Shown piece after piece: positions 46,249-58,926 of a DNA stretch of 64,000 bases. The notes beneath the pieces were generated by a model. It saw only the letters and a list, made by a program, of their open reading frames with translations. It was not told the DNA's origin and did no database searches. Source of the stretch: Prorocentrum cordatum. Taxonomy: Eukaryota. Location of the stretch: NCBI GenBank assembly GCA_963575745.1, contig CAUYUJ010000331.1:1-64000 (forward strand), written 5' to 3'. The translations under genes and the position numbers were made by a program. Positions within the stretch are counted from its first letter, which is position 1. Each line of letters opens with the position of its first letter.

Positions 46249-49200
46249 CTACAGGCACAGCCTAATGATGTCCTGAACTCCTCTTAGAAGCTGAGTCGCT
46301 GCACAGAGTTCCGCGGACGCGATGGAAGTGTGGAGGGGGAGGGAGAAGGAGTGTAACGCAACATCTTCATACCACTGCTGGGCACAAGATGGGGAAAAGA
46401 AGAGCCTGGGAGAACACTACTCACGTTCACGTCACATACCCATCCTGCACCAACTCCTTCAGTCGAGACACCCCCGTCAAAGGCACCTCGTATCCCCGAT
46501 ATTGGAATAGTCTTCTGTTGACATTCTCTGATAAACCTCAAATCGAAAACTCGCTCCTGTCGTCCTCTCCTCGCATTCCAAGTCATCCGATCCGCCCTCG
46601 TATTGCCTTCTCTGTACACCCATTTCCAGATATCATGGCCTGCGCTCGGTGGGATAATCCCCGATGTCGTTGTGAGAGAATAAAGCAAGCTAGATACCTC
46701 CGCAATTTCATTCATATAAGTAAGATTGCTAGTATTATATAGCCCCGTCAGCCAATTCACAACCACCTGAGAGTCCCCACTTAATTCCATAGAAACGTAA
46801 CCTGGATAGAATTCCCAAGTAGACTGCCTTTCAAATATGTTTGCCAATCTCCTGGAGGTCTCAATGTTCTTTGGGTGCAGGGGGTCCGTGGACATCTCCT
46901 CGTCCTCCTCCTCCCTCACATGTATGTTGTTGTTCTTGAGCACGAAATACGGTATCATATGCTCGAACTTTCAAGCTCTCGGAGCGCCTGGCGACAGAAA
47001 TCTGACCATCCTTTCTCCGACCACTGAAGATGTCCTCTCCACCAGTACTCACCTCCCACGGAGTCAAAGATGCCAGCCCAGGAGTGGAAAGCTAGACGAT
47101 GAGCACCGTTCGAACGACCGCCGCTGCGACTGATCTCACGAGCCTGCTGGGTTCCAAGATACTCAATAAACAGATCCACTGCCTCCGCCCAAGCAATATT
47201 TCCCACGAGCATCAGAGTACGAGCCTGCAGGTGTGTGTTGAGGATTGCCGACTTCTCCGTCTTCAAGGCCCGCGGAGCAGGCTTGTGACCAAGATTCTCT
47301 TTCAGCCTCTGTGTATTGCCAGAGAGTTGGGTCCTCGTTTTCTTCAGGCCAGCACGTTGAGTTGGGCCCTCCCCCTCCTCTTGTCGACTCCTTTTGGCTC
47401 CATGTCTTCCCTCCTCCTTCGCCTCCTTAATCATCCTCGTGTGTCGTTGTCGCCGATTCTCAGACATTGGGACCTCCTCCTCCATCTCCTCCTGCATATT
47501 GTTGGTGTGTGGGGGCGTAGACACTGTAGAAGAGCAGGGTAACAGGGGTGGAGGAGGTGGAAGTACATGACATAAGGAGTCCGAGATATCCTTTGCCCAC
47601 TCCCACTGTTTACGCAGTACTCGTTGAACGAGACTCTCTCGCCCTGTTCGATGAAGCAACGCTCTCCCTGCTCGTATCCTTTTTGCCAAGAAGAGTGTCC
47701 AGTTTTCTTCCCGTCGTTTGGACCGCCACAGCATTTTGGCCAATAACCCTCCCTCCCTTGCGTGGATGAACTTGAGGCTGTTGGAGTCTATCGTGGCCCC
47801 AACGATGCCATACAGAAAACACGCTTGCACACGACTACAGCATCGAGCAATCTTTTTTCTGAGCGGCGGGGACCGATCATAGTAGTAGCTTTAATCACAC
47901 CAGAATGTTTTTTCCGCAAGCTCCCACCTGTGGTGTATGTCATCATGCTCCCGAAAACGTTTGTCTGTCCTGACCCCCAAGACGTCCATGACATGTACGT
48001 GCGGTAATTCAACTGCTGGATCAACATTCTGAATAATCATGCTACCCTCAGGCGTCTGGCGATATAGTGTTCATATACATGAGTGACTCCTTTTTCCAAT
48101 CAAAACCGTGTCGCCTCAGTGCCGTCGTCATCTCTCTGATCCTTATCTCCAGCTGATCATCCGATGCTGCAAACAAGAATACATTATCAGCACATAACAT
48201 GTTAGTGATATTCCAGTCGTTTGGCGCCCCAACAGTTGAAAGGGATACCCCAGGCCACGCTCAAACCATCCAGTACACACCGGCTCGAAAATCATAATGC
48301 TGACGAGAACCCACAGCATTGGGGCTTCCATCGATCCAATTCTAATACAACTGTCCCAAGGAATACTGGACGTCTCTATCTCCTGAAAACGAGGTGTTGC
48401 CATATTATTGGTATATCCTTCGAGCACTGCATACGCTAAGTTCGGGTCGACGTTGGAGAACCCCATAGCCTCCGCCGCACAAGGTATGGTGAAATTGTCG
48501 AAGGCTCTGGCGACATCAAGTGACGCCCAAGACAGCGAGCACGATTTGCCCCACATGGCCGTGTGCCTCACAATATTCTTGAGGCCACTCGTCACCTCGT
48601 GAGTTCTCCTCCCAGGCATGAATCCATATAATTGACAGTGCTTGTGGCCATCAATCGATCTAACATGCCTCTCCAAAAGTTGTGCTAGACAACTGCTGTA
48701 CCACTTGCTGAATACACTTAGAAGTACGATGGCTCGTGTTTCTGTGAAACAAAGGGCCCCATTCTTTTTGGGAAGTAGCGTGACACACAGCATTCTCCAT
48801 TCTTGAGAAGTGACAGATCTCCTGACATAGAGCTTCTGGAAGGCCTGCAATATCATACATAGAGATGTCCAAGGTAAAGCTTTGAGCAGAGACGCCCCAA
48901 TACCGTCCGCTCCCACTGCCCTCCCCATCTTGAATCTCGCCCTGGCCCGAAGTAAGAGCCCCATGGTAATCGGGTTCCCCTCGAGAGGTGTCGCCTCGGC
49001 CTCCTGGAGTAACTTCTGAACACACTCATCATTGGCAACCTTCTGGGAGCTGTCCGCATATCTGTTTAACCCATGCTGTTGGAGTGCCCTTTCCCAAGCT
49101 AGCCTATCCTCCGTCTTGACCCCATCCACCATGACGTGCGTGATGTGCTTACGTGCCTTCTTTCCGTCCCTAAATTTGTACTGGACCTGGCGGCTACGAT

Positions 49201-50437
49201 AGTGCCGTCGTACTTTATTCCAGATACGTCGACTCTGCCGAAACTCCTCCTTCGTGATCTCCCCCCTCTTCCATTGCTTGTGTTTTTGATAATGTTGATT
49301 CCTCACCTCCACCTCCTCCTTGGTCATCGATGGGGGCCTCAAGGGGTCATGTTGGAGCCCCTCAGGAAACGATGATGCTGTTCTCCTGATAGCTGTTGCC
49401 TGGACCTCAACATCGATCTCGTCCTCAGTGGAAATCACGTCCTCCCCCTCTCCTACTGCAAACGGATGAGATGTGGGAGCAAGGGCATGATCGAGACGCC
49501 TCGCCACAACTTTCTCCATCCCTGGCGGCACTCTCCACTTGGCAAAGGAAGGAATAGCTGGCACCGCCTTTCGAGATCTGATTTTGCTCCATTGGGTCAC
49601 GTTCATTTCCAACAACTAATGATCACTCAAGAGCGTGACGGGCGTGTCCGATGGCATGTCACATGGGAGAATCCAGTGCTTGGCGACAGTGAGATGCGGC
49701 CAACTGCGTGGGATGGCTATATGGTCGTACACATGCTCATATCCATACTGGGAACGCCACGTACATGCACTCACCTCCCCCCGAGATCCCCTTCGATCCC
49801 CAAACGTGTTGGTGAGCTGGAGTCCCAGAGCGCCCAGAGTGGTACATAGGGCGTCCGCCATACAGGTTCTGATAGCATGCTTCTGTTTTTCATGCCCCCC
49901 CCGTCGTGGAGCCTCGGAGCCCGAGGTAGCTTCCCCAGACACCTGGAAACCGTCCCTGACCGAGTTACGAAAGACTTCAACATTCGCATCCATGGAGATA
50001 ATCACATGCTTGATCCCGAACTCATTCTTGAGGTCCTGGACAGATAACGCCATACTAAGTAGCACTTGTTGATACAATGCTACTGTTTCCCGCTGTTTTC
50101 CCAGTTTCCAGAAGAATCGAGAGTATCTTTGTGTGGTAGGTAGAGGGATGCAAAGAGGAAGCCCTGGAAGACACAGATAACGAAACGCTCCTCCAGGCTG
50201 ATGTTTGCGAAAGAGTGGTAATAGCTTTTTTCCCACGGCAACCCCTGCCTTTCCCGTACTGCAAGGGAAGATATGATACGGCGTACCAGTATCAACCACC
50301 TCTTCCTGCATGAATTGACATTCTTGGAGTCCAATGACTTCCAATCCCATGTCAGTGACACGTTTGAAAACTGTGGCAGCCTGACGCGTCCCAAGCCGCC
50401 TTACATTCCAGCCTGCCACACGGCAGCCTGGGCACCC
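46249..50437 (-). pseudogene. Family B ORF2 (APE + RT + permuted RNase H), several stops and frameshifts
   Basis: VAGWNV, GLQE, MDAN, YDHI; RAVGADG, YGF, DVARAFD, LCADN; GDS, REGNTRAD, FDGG; and in a shifted frame SAELCAA. Confidence 0.9.
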
Positions 50438-51745
50438 CTACTCCGACCTGTTACTCTTAGCCTGGAGGTCCCGCGCGTCAATCGAGCTGTCGACTTTCGC
50501 AACCCCCGAGGCTGTGAGTTTCCATCCATCTCCTCGCGTCCAGACCCCAAAGCATACTTCATGTGCTCTCTGCATCTGCGGACGTGCGTACGCCCAACTC
50601 AAAGTACTTCCACCGTGTTCAACTCTGCACTGGGCCGTCGATACCTGTTTCATACTGTAAAGACCGCCGTAAGTTGCTTACCTGCTCGAACTTGGGACTC
50701 TTTCCATGGGGGATTCTCAACTTCCAGAGCCAAACGTTGATCGATCCTGACCCCCAAGGAGTCCTCACTTCGTAATCTCACATCTTTATTTTGAATAGCC
50801 TCCCACCACTCTCTCCGTACCTCCCACACCGTATTTTTGGATACTCTTGGCTTGAAAAAGACCTGAATCTGATAGACTCCATCCCGTCGGTGGTTGGCTC
50901 CAGAGGTCGCGATGCGATCGAAGATCTTAACCTCCTCACTCTCACGATGTCCAGAAATATCATTGATGAGTACTTTCACCGTCTGCTCTGTATTATCAGG
51001 AGGCAAGTTACGATCAGTACGTCCAACCACCTGTCTCGGATCACCTGTGGCCCATCCCTTAAGAACAATCCATCCTGGTGTATGCTCTGGGCGAACAATA
51101 TTCCAATCCGTGTTGTCAATACCCCTTCGACTCCCAGCATCAGATGGCGGTCCAGAAGTGCCCGCCCTCGTACTGGCCCCCATGGAGAGGACGTGCTGGG
51201 TCCAAATTCGGATTATGAAGCTTTGTGATGGCCTGCTCCTGCTCTAACTGTTTCCACTTCACGTCCTCCACATCCCTGGCGACGTTATTCAACGAGTCCC
51301 TGACAGGTGCCACCTCCTCCCGAACTAAAGCACGTCTTTCTTCTTTGAAACTCTCGAGTTTGGATTCCATCGTTCTGGTTTGATTGGAAAACATCGTAGC
51401 CAGAAAATCTTTGAGATCCGCATCCTGAGGACCCTGTGCTGGAGGTGGTGGCGGTGGGGCTGCCTTCCTGGAGGGCAGAGTCGAGCGTCCAATACCTGGG
51501 TCGTATGCTGCTGATGACTTGGCCTGCACTGGGGGTCCTGGTTTAACCGCAGTCGATGAGGCATCACTGGGGGCCGTGGGTACCTGTTCTGTCGGGCCTC
51601 CAGGGGCTGGGGCTGGACGGAAGCCTCCAGGGCCCCCTTTCCAAGCCTCTCCCTCACGAGAACCTGTCGCACCTCCTCCTCCAGCTCCTCTAGCTTCCTC
51701 TCCACGCAATCCTACATCATCCACCTACATACCTGACCCTGCTGC
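50438..51745 (-). pseudogene. Family B ORF1, disrupted
   Basis: Coiled-coil segment. WIVLKGW and VENPPWK match FVELKGW and VEAPPWK of family A. Confidence 0.8.
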
Positions 51746-52300
51746 CATTCTGCTAAGATGAAGGGCCCGTAGAAAGTCGTCTTCCTCAGGTGCCTCTTCA
51801 AGGGGTATATCACGATCGATATCATCGAGATCAATATGTACACACTCCTGTCTGTGAACTAATATGTTGCCCTGATGATATACAGCGTTCTGGGAAGAGT
51901 TCCACACTGAGTCCCCACTGTTGTCGAAATCGTCAGAGAAAGCCGTGGCGTCAACAATTTGCACCCAACTGCGTCAGGGGAAAAACTGGGCAAGGTGGAC
52001 CAGCACACACGTAACTGCACGAGCAATAACTGTAACAGCAAGCGACAGTGCGCACACCAATCCTGCACCAACAAGAGACAAGGAAGACACAGAAGAGATA
52101 AGCTGCAAGCAACAAACCAAGTGCACCTGAAAGAAATAGACCTGTCAATGTCCAGCTGCCAGAGGTCCAGCTGCCAGACTGCAGGCTCCCCTGCCGCAGC
52201 GATCGCACGGCCCCCCGCGCGCGCGGCCGACCCCCTGCCCTTCCGCACAATGCGGCTCGAGCCGCACGAGGAGGCCCCACGAGCCCCAGCGGCAACCTTG

Positions 52301-55300
52301 TTTTTTTTTGCGGTTTGCGGTCCGCCACTAGAATCCGAATCCGAACCGGCGGAACAGTGCAACTGAGCCCCCACCTTCTTAGGTAGGTCGCAGCAGGGCG
52401 CACGCCACCTTAGCAGCAGCTCTCGTCAGGGCAGCGCAGACAGCTAGTTCACAGCAGGTTACCGTGCTACCTGGAGGCAAGCTCATCGCCTCCTCGGCCA
52501 CACCGTGCCAATGGAAGCTCTGCGAGCTGATGCAGGAGGAAGAGGAGGAGGAGGAGGAGGAGGAGGAGATGGGAAAATCAACCTGCACGCTGGAACCCCT
52601 ACCTACTACGCCAATATGAAGCCACCACCCGCCTCCACATCCTTCATTACTGACACCCCCGTCGAATGCACCACGGAGAGCAGTCTTACGAGTACTGAGG
52701 AACTGATCATATGCAAACCAGCGAGTAATAGTTTGGCCACCTCTGGCCTCCCACGACAATCTACCCGCACGTTCATTACCCTCACGAAAGAAATGTTTAT
52801 ACAGATTCTGTCCCGATGCAGGTGAGGTCAGTCCCCATCCAGACAGCATCGATAGAGTATGTTGTAGTGTTCCCACCAGTCGTACATACTGCTTGTTACG
52901 TATCTGTCACTCACCACACATCCAGTTAACGACCGTCTTACTATCTCCCAAGATTTCCCTCCCAAGACGTTCAATATTCTCACACCTCCACTCCGTTTCA
53001 TTCTCATAATTAGCGGCAATACGTTTGCTTATCCTCTCATTCATCTCTCTCTCCACCTCCTCCTCCGCCTTCACGCACCTCACACCAGGTGCCCTGGGTA
53101 AAACAAATGACTCGAACAAGCGTTGCATGCCAATCACAGTCCGCAGATGTTTGCAATGCTGCTCGCGGGACCCAGCGGAGCTGTCGAACGAGAGGTACCG
53201 CTCACAACCAAAGAAATCGCACAAACACCAATCCCATACAGTATGTCCACGGGCGGGTGCACCCACGCCCATGCGCGTGAGATGCTTCCTATCTTTTGCA
53301 GGCAACGCCAGACTACATGTGTCCCGATGTTCCGTCCACCTCCCCCTTCCACGTAGCATGGCCAGCCTAGATATCATCCATTCACGTGAGATGTTCGACT
53401 CCTCAGGCATGGCAGGCTGATCATCCGTTGTCCGCCGACGACCCCCACTCGACCTCTGGGAGATCTCGGATACTTGAGGAGCCGCCGCCGCCGCCATCGC
53501 CCGAGTTTTTCTATGACGCCGATTTGGTACCGTCTCCACCTCCTCCCCCACTGTGTGCGTTGTGTACCTCCTCATACGAATACTTGCAGCAGCTGAGACA
53601 TCATTGGCCCAATCCCAACAACGAAATATCCATATCTGCACCGCACTTCGAAATCCAAGCTCAACAAACCTCTGCCGTCCAACTTTGCATCGCCTACGTT
53701 GAAACTCAGACCATCCTTCAGTTCTCCGCTTGCGTAGACCTGACATCAACGCCAGGCATCTCCCCTCAAAGGAGTGAACAGCAGCAATGGTGGAATAGTC
53801 GGGCGCTCGGCCCTCACAGTTGCATAATAATGCAGCCATCACTTTAGCTTGATAACGAGTAAATCTCTCAGCCAAATCAATACCAGAACAGCGATAATAG
53901 GCGACTTCCCCAAATAATACCTTCTGGGCTTTCTGGAGCATGGCCTCTGAATCCGAGTGGTCCTTCCAGGTCTCCTCCAGAGTGGCTCCCAGGATCTCAA
54001 ACGACTGAACACGCGGCAGGACCACCTCTCGGGCCCCGAGAGCAGGATCACAAGACGGCACCAGCACACGGATATCCTGCTCGGGGGACGGCGGGATGCC
54101 AGGCGGCGCACCAAAGTAAATATACATCAAGGATTTCGGTTTCCAGGTCATTCCTGCATTCATCAGCGGGATACGCATGTCACGCACCATCAGCTCGAGG
54201 TCAGAGCGAGCCTTCGCATACAATAAGAGATTATATGCCCAGAAACTGTGGGTCATACGCTCACCGTTGAACATACGCTCATCATTTTCCAACTTGATAC
54301 CGTACTGCGTATCCTGCCTCCACCTGTCAATCACATCTCTCCAGAGTACAATAGGTATTGCTAGAAAAATGATCGGGCCCTCCACTCCTCCCGTTCGAAT
54401 GGATGTGTCCCAATAGACAGCTGAAGATGCCTCGATGCCCTCGAAGCTGGCCACACACGGATTATCAATCACGGGTTCAATCAACGCCACAATGAGATCG
54501 GCTGGTATATCAAGAGCACGAAGACAGCGCATGGCGAGGCACGGGGTGACAGTATCGGATGCTTGTAAAATATCAAGATTGGCAAGCCACAAACTGTCTC
54601 CTTTGCCCCAGACAGCGGAGTGCTGGCTGAGCCTTTTGGCAACGCTGGTGATTTCCGACGTTTTTCGTCCCGATCTGAATCCGCACAGGCATATATAGTG
54701 TCGGTGCTCCTCAGACCTCTGCTCAATCATCATCACAATACATGTCATGTACCATGTCATAAGACACGACTGTAGACATAGTACACGTGTATCTGTCAAG
54801 TGTTGTATGTTCATTTCCTTAGGCATGAGCGTGGCAGCTAGTTGACACCAACTGTCGGGGCAACATAACCTGCGGGAATACACACCTTGGAAGCTCACCA
54901 GAACACGTCGGAGAGATGCCCACGAGAGCTGTTTCAACATCATGACAGTGACTTTGCCGGGGCCTGGGGCCTTTCCCGTGGACAGCTTCGCCCTCGCCCG
55001 CAGCAGGAGCGACATCGAGAACACCTCCGAGGACCCGCTTCCCGAACATAGACCACGCAGCGACTGTAGCTCACGAAGGGTCACCTCCCTGGCCTCGGGG
55101 TCCTCGACCTTAGACTTCATGTGCCCCAATATCTCGTTCCCCCACTCCTCGCGGTTCTGAGACTCCATCCCGTTGGCAAGGATCAGCGTCTCCGTCTTGG
55201 CCCTCCTCCTCCTCCTCGTGTTCATCTCCGTCTTCCACCTCTGCACTTTTGCCTCCAGCCTCCTCCTTTCTCTCCTCACTATCTTTGAGCACCGTTTGGC

Positions 55301-57951
55301 CTCCTCTCTATCCCCACGACGAAGTGTTTCGCGTTACTTTCCTGGGCGGCCAAGTGGATCTCGGATTTCTTTGGTACATTATTTCTGGGATTGGTATCCT
55401 TCTGGGGGGTCTCCTCGGCGGCCTTTATGAGGTCAGGTCCTATCATGTCCAACATCTCCTGTCGATCCTCAGGGTCAGCATTTTCCTGGCGCAATGCACG
55501 GTAACGACTGCCCCGATCGTCCATGTTCTTCGCAAACTCGAACTGCGACACCGGTTGCAAGTAGATGAATTTTCGAGCAGGATGGGTCCGTCTCTTCGCA
55601 GACGGTGCACAAGACAAGCGAACAACTAGGCAAGCGTGGTCAGACAGCGCACGCTCGCATCTGCTGCATGGGTGCTCCGTCCAGGCGCGGCCCACTTCCG
55701 CAGGCAGCATCCAGCCTACAGTGAGCTCCTGCCTGTGTAAACGACGGCTGACACCAACATAGTCGAGTACCTTCTCCACCCCCGTATTTGATTTGAAAGT
55801 AACCCTCCTCTGCCCAAATGTGTTCTCCATCCTTATGCCCCAGAGCCCGCAGAAGTCCAGTGGGGCCCTCCTCATAGATTGCAGCCTAGACGCCCGTCGG
55901 ATTTCGAAGCCCGAGACAACCCTATGAGGTCTTGTTTTACGTGCACAACGTTTCGTTTGAGTCATATACGGGTTGCCGTCATCCGATCATTCCTCCATCC
56001 CAGTATCTCTCTCCGTAGTATCCCCAGCGATCCCAGACGCCTCCAAAAGCCCTGATCCAGTAACTCTAAAGCCGTTGACCTCCGAATCTGGCTCGAGTTC
56101 GACGTTAGCATCTGTCAGGAAGACCAGGTCCTGCGGCTGCTTCGGGAACTTAGACCTATGTGTGCGAATCACTTTGGATATATCAAACAACGTCTGTTCA
56201 TACACATCATGTTCATGCTGTTCTTCCGTAAGGGTACGAATACTCTCACGCGGCATATATGCAACAATAACCGTAACACTAGAATAACTACAAATCACAA
56301 AACCTTTGCCACGATATGTGGCCCTGAGCGAGTCTCTCCAAGACTTAGACATGATCACCGCAGCCTTCCGACAAGTACTCCGAAAAATTGTGTAACCTCG
56401 CATGTTGAGATCACGAGCTGAAAGGAACTGGCACTCGCACAACCCCGCGAGGCCCACATCTAAGCGACGTAGTGAATTAAGTATGTCATGGCCGTTCTCT
56501 GCACCTGCCCGACGCACATTCCATGACGCAATGGTGTCGTGGCACCTCTAGCTCGTACTGGAAATCCTCGCTCGCAACTCATCAATGTTGATCCCTGGCT
56601 CAAGCTGATTCATTGCACGAGTAATCCCCCGGCCATTCTGCAGAGAGAACTTGGCCACGATCTTCCCTGGAGGGGGTAGGTGATCACTGGAGCCCCACAT
56701 GAACGTAGTCGGTGGTCCCGTCTCAGCCCTAAGATTTGAATGATGCTTCTTGAAGCTCTTGAACTTTGCCTGAAAGATCCCAGCGGCATCCAGATGGGGC
56801 TTCTTCCAGGGGGGGGGGGCTCCACGTGAACCTTGAGGGCCCTGGGAGCATGCTGGAGTTTGTTGTCGGCAATCGCGGCGACGAGTCGACGACGGAGATC
56901 CCACAGATGGTCACTGGTAACCCCTTTCTGGAAATAGAGCCGAGCACGCGAATAACCCCATGCCTCTCGACCTGTGTTGAACTTCTTGGATTGGTTCAGG
57001 TCAAGAAGCTCCTTGACACCGCTCAACCACTCCCCAGCCAGGACCTCATTCAGGAGTGAATTCAACGCCTGCTGCGATAACATCTCCTCCTGACGCTTCT
57101 CTGCATCCCGCCATTCAGTCACCCATCCCTTGAGCTCGACGAATGTCGGAGTGAAATTCTGCATGGACTCACGAGCTTCCGCCGAGGACGCCGTCGTAGA
57201 GGCGCCTGCTCTGGGGCCCCACCTGCAGGAGCCTGCTGGAGCTGAATAATCTGAAGCCTCTGATCCTCCACCTTCTTACTAATAGCATCTATGTCCGTCA
57301 TCGCCTGCTGCACATTTTTCTCGACCGAATCAACACGAGCATTGAGTTGGGTGCCGAGATCCGCGATGCTCCGATGAGTAGACTGGAACCCCTCAGTCAT
57401 CTTACCTCCCAGAGATGCTACAAGCCCCGTGATCTTATCCATACCCCTAGTCATGGCCTCCTCGATACCCTCGACAGTCTGAACTTTGACACGTTTTCCC
57501 TCTGGGACCTCCTCCTCCTTGGCTCCTGGAACGGGCATATCAGTGGCATCCATGGCGAAAATCTCGGGGGCAACAGCAGCTGATGAGGCAGCCATCTTAC
57601 CGTCTGAGATGTTGCAAGGGGTATTCCACTTCTCACAGAACGATCGATCTTCTCGAGTACGTCTGAGATGTGCACGTAACTGATGAAAGTTATATGGGGC
57701 AACAGGATTATGGGGTAAAGTGGGAGACAGATCAGGTGGTCCAGATGGTATGTCAACCAGAGAACCTTTATCGTCACGACGAGATACACAAACCTGTCTG
57801 GCAAGATATTCCCACTCCCAGTGTCCGAAGTTCGATCCCCAGCGGTCCAGATCAATCGATAAACTCTGGCTCGTCCCGTCCAGCTCGACGCAGGCTGCCT
57901 GACCGCACAATGCGGCTCGAGCCGCACGAGAAAGCCCAGAGTTCCCGGCGG
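52301..57951 (-). mobile_element. LINE family A, copy A3, near full length, degenerate
   Basis: Tail abuts the 5' end of B. Frameshifts, stops, a WAYN RT motif and a 5' UTR deletion. Followed by CAACCTCGGTT (57952-57962). Confidence 0.95.
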
Positions 57952-57962
57952 CAACCTCGGTT

Positions 57963-58453
57963 TTTGAGTTTGAGTCAGGGCGCGGACAGCTGTGACAGCT
58001 GAGCCCTAAGACTCCCAAACGGAGCACAGGGCAGCTAGAGAAGGCATCTCTTATCATCACACTGCCGAGCCACTGAGGCATAGGCATCGGAATAGGATGC
58101 AGGAACAAGGAAAAGGATGCAGCACGACATGTGAAATTGCAAAGGTGTGGGAACAGGTTAGAGATGAAAGAGGCTACCCAAAACGTGCACCACGGCCATA
58201 CAGAGCCGTTGCGCTGGAAACATCACACAGAACACGACAGAAGCCGAGGCATCAAGCGAGAAAGCTTCCTCCGCCACCAACAGCCACGTCCCGTGTACAC
58301 ACAAACCTAAACACCATTCTGCAGCACATCCCTCCACAGAGTGACCTCCGTCGAAGAATCCACGGAGGCCGTCTAGTTCTGTTTTGCTCGCATGTTCAAT
58401 AAGGGAAGTATGGAATACAACGTAACAATTTCTGGTTCTGGCCAACCATGTCA
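57963..58453 (-). mobile_element. LINE family C, 5'-truncated 3' fragment
   Basis: Translates LTWLAR...GLRGFFDGGHSVEGCAAEWCL...VAEEAFSL, homologous to the A/B C-terminus. Tail GACTCAAACTCAAAAA. Target flank GGGAACTCGTAGAGCTT resumes at 58454. Confidence 0.85.
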
Positions 58454-58926
58454 GGGAACTCGTAGAGCTTGCCCCTGGCCTGGCCCGCCTGCCCCTGGCC
58501 TGGCCCGCCGCGCGGGGGCGCGGGGCGATCGGGCCACTCGGCATCTTCGGCGACTTCGGCGAGTCCGGGGCAAGCAGGCCGCCTGCCATGTGTTTGTATT
58601 TGTTTGTGTGCATTGTCGCGGCATTTTGCTGCATCGAGCTGGACGGGACGAGCCAGAGTTTATCGATTGATCTGGACCGCTGGGGATCGAACTTCGGACA
58701 CTGGGAGTGGGAATATCTTGCCAGACAGGTTGGTGTATCTCGTCGTGACGATAAAGATTCTCTAGTTGACATACCATCTGGACCACCTGATCTGTCTCCA
58801 ACTTTACCCCATAATCCTGTTGCCCCATATAACTGTCATCAGTTACGTGCACATCTCAAACGTACTCGAGAAGATCGATCGTTCTGTGAGAAGTGGAATA
58901 CCCCTTGCAACATCTCAGACGGTAAG

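Larger units (their letters stand above)
46140..52292 (-). mobile_element. LINE family B, full length (~6.15 kb), degenerate
   Basis: CAACCTTG flanks at 46129 and 52293. Tail GACCGTAAACCGCAAAAA. ORF1 and ORF2 fragments are homologous to family A at protein level. Confidence 0.93.

Noticed and set aside
58158..58772. 204-aa minus-strand ORF as one gene
   Set aside because: It is a chimera of antisense A4 5' UTR, target flank and the family C tail.
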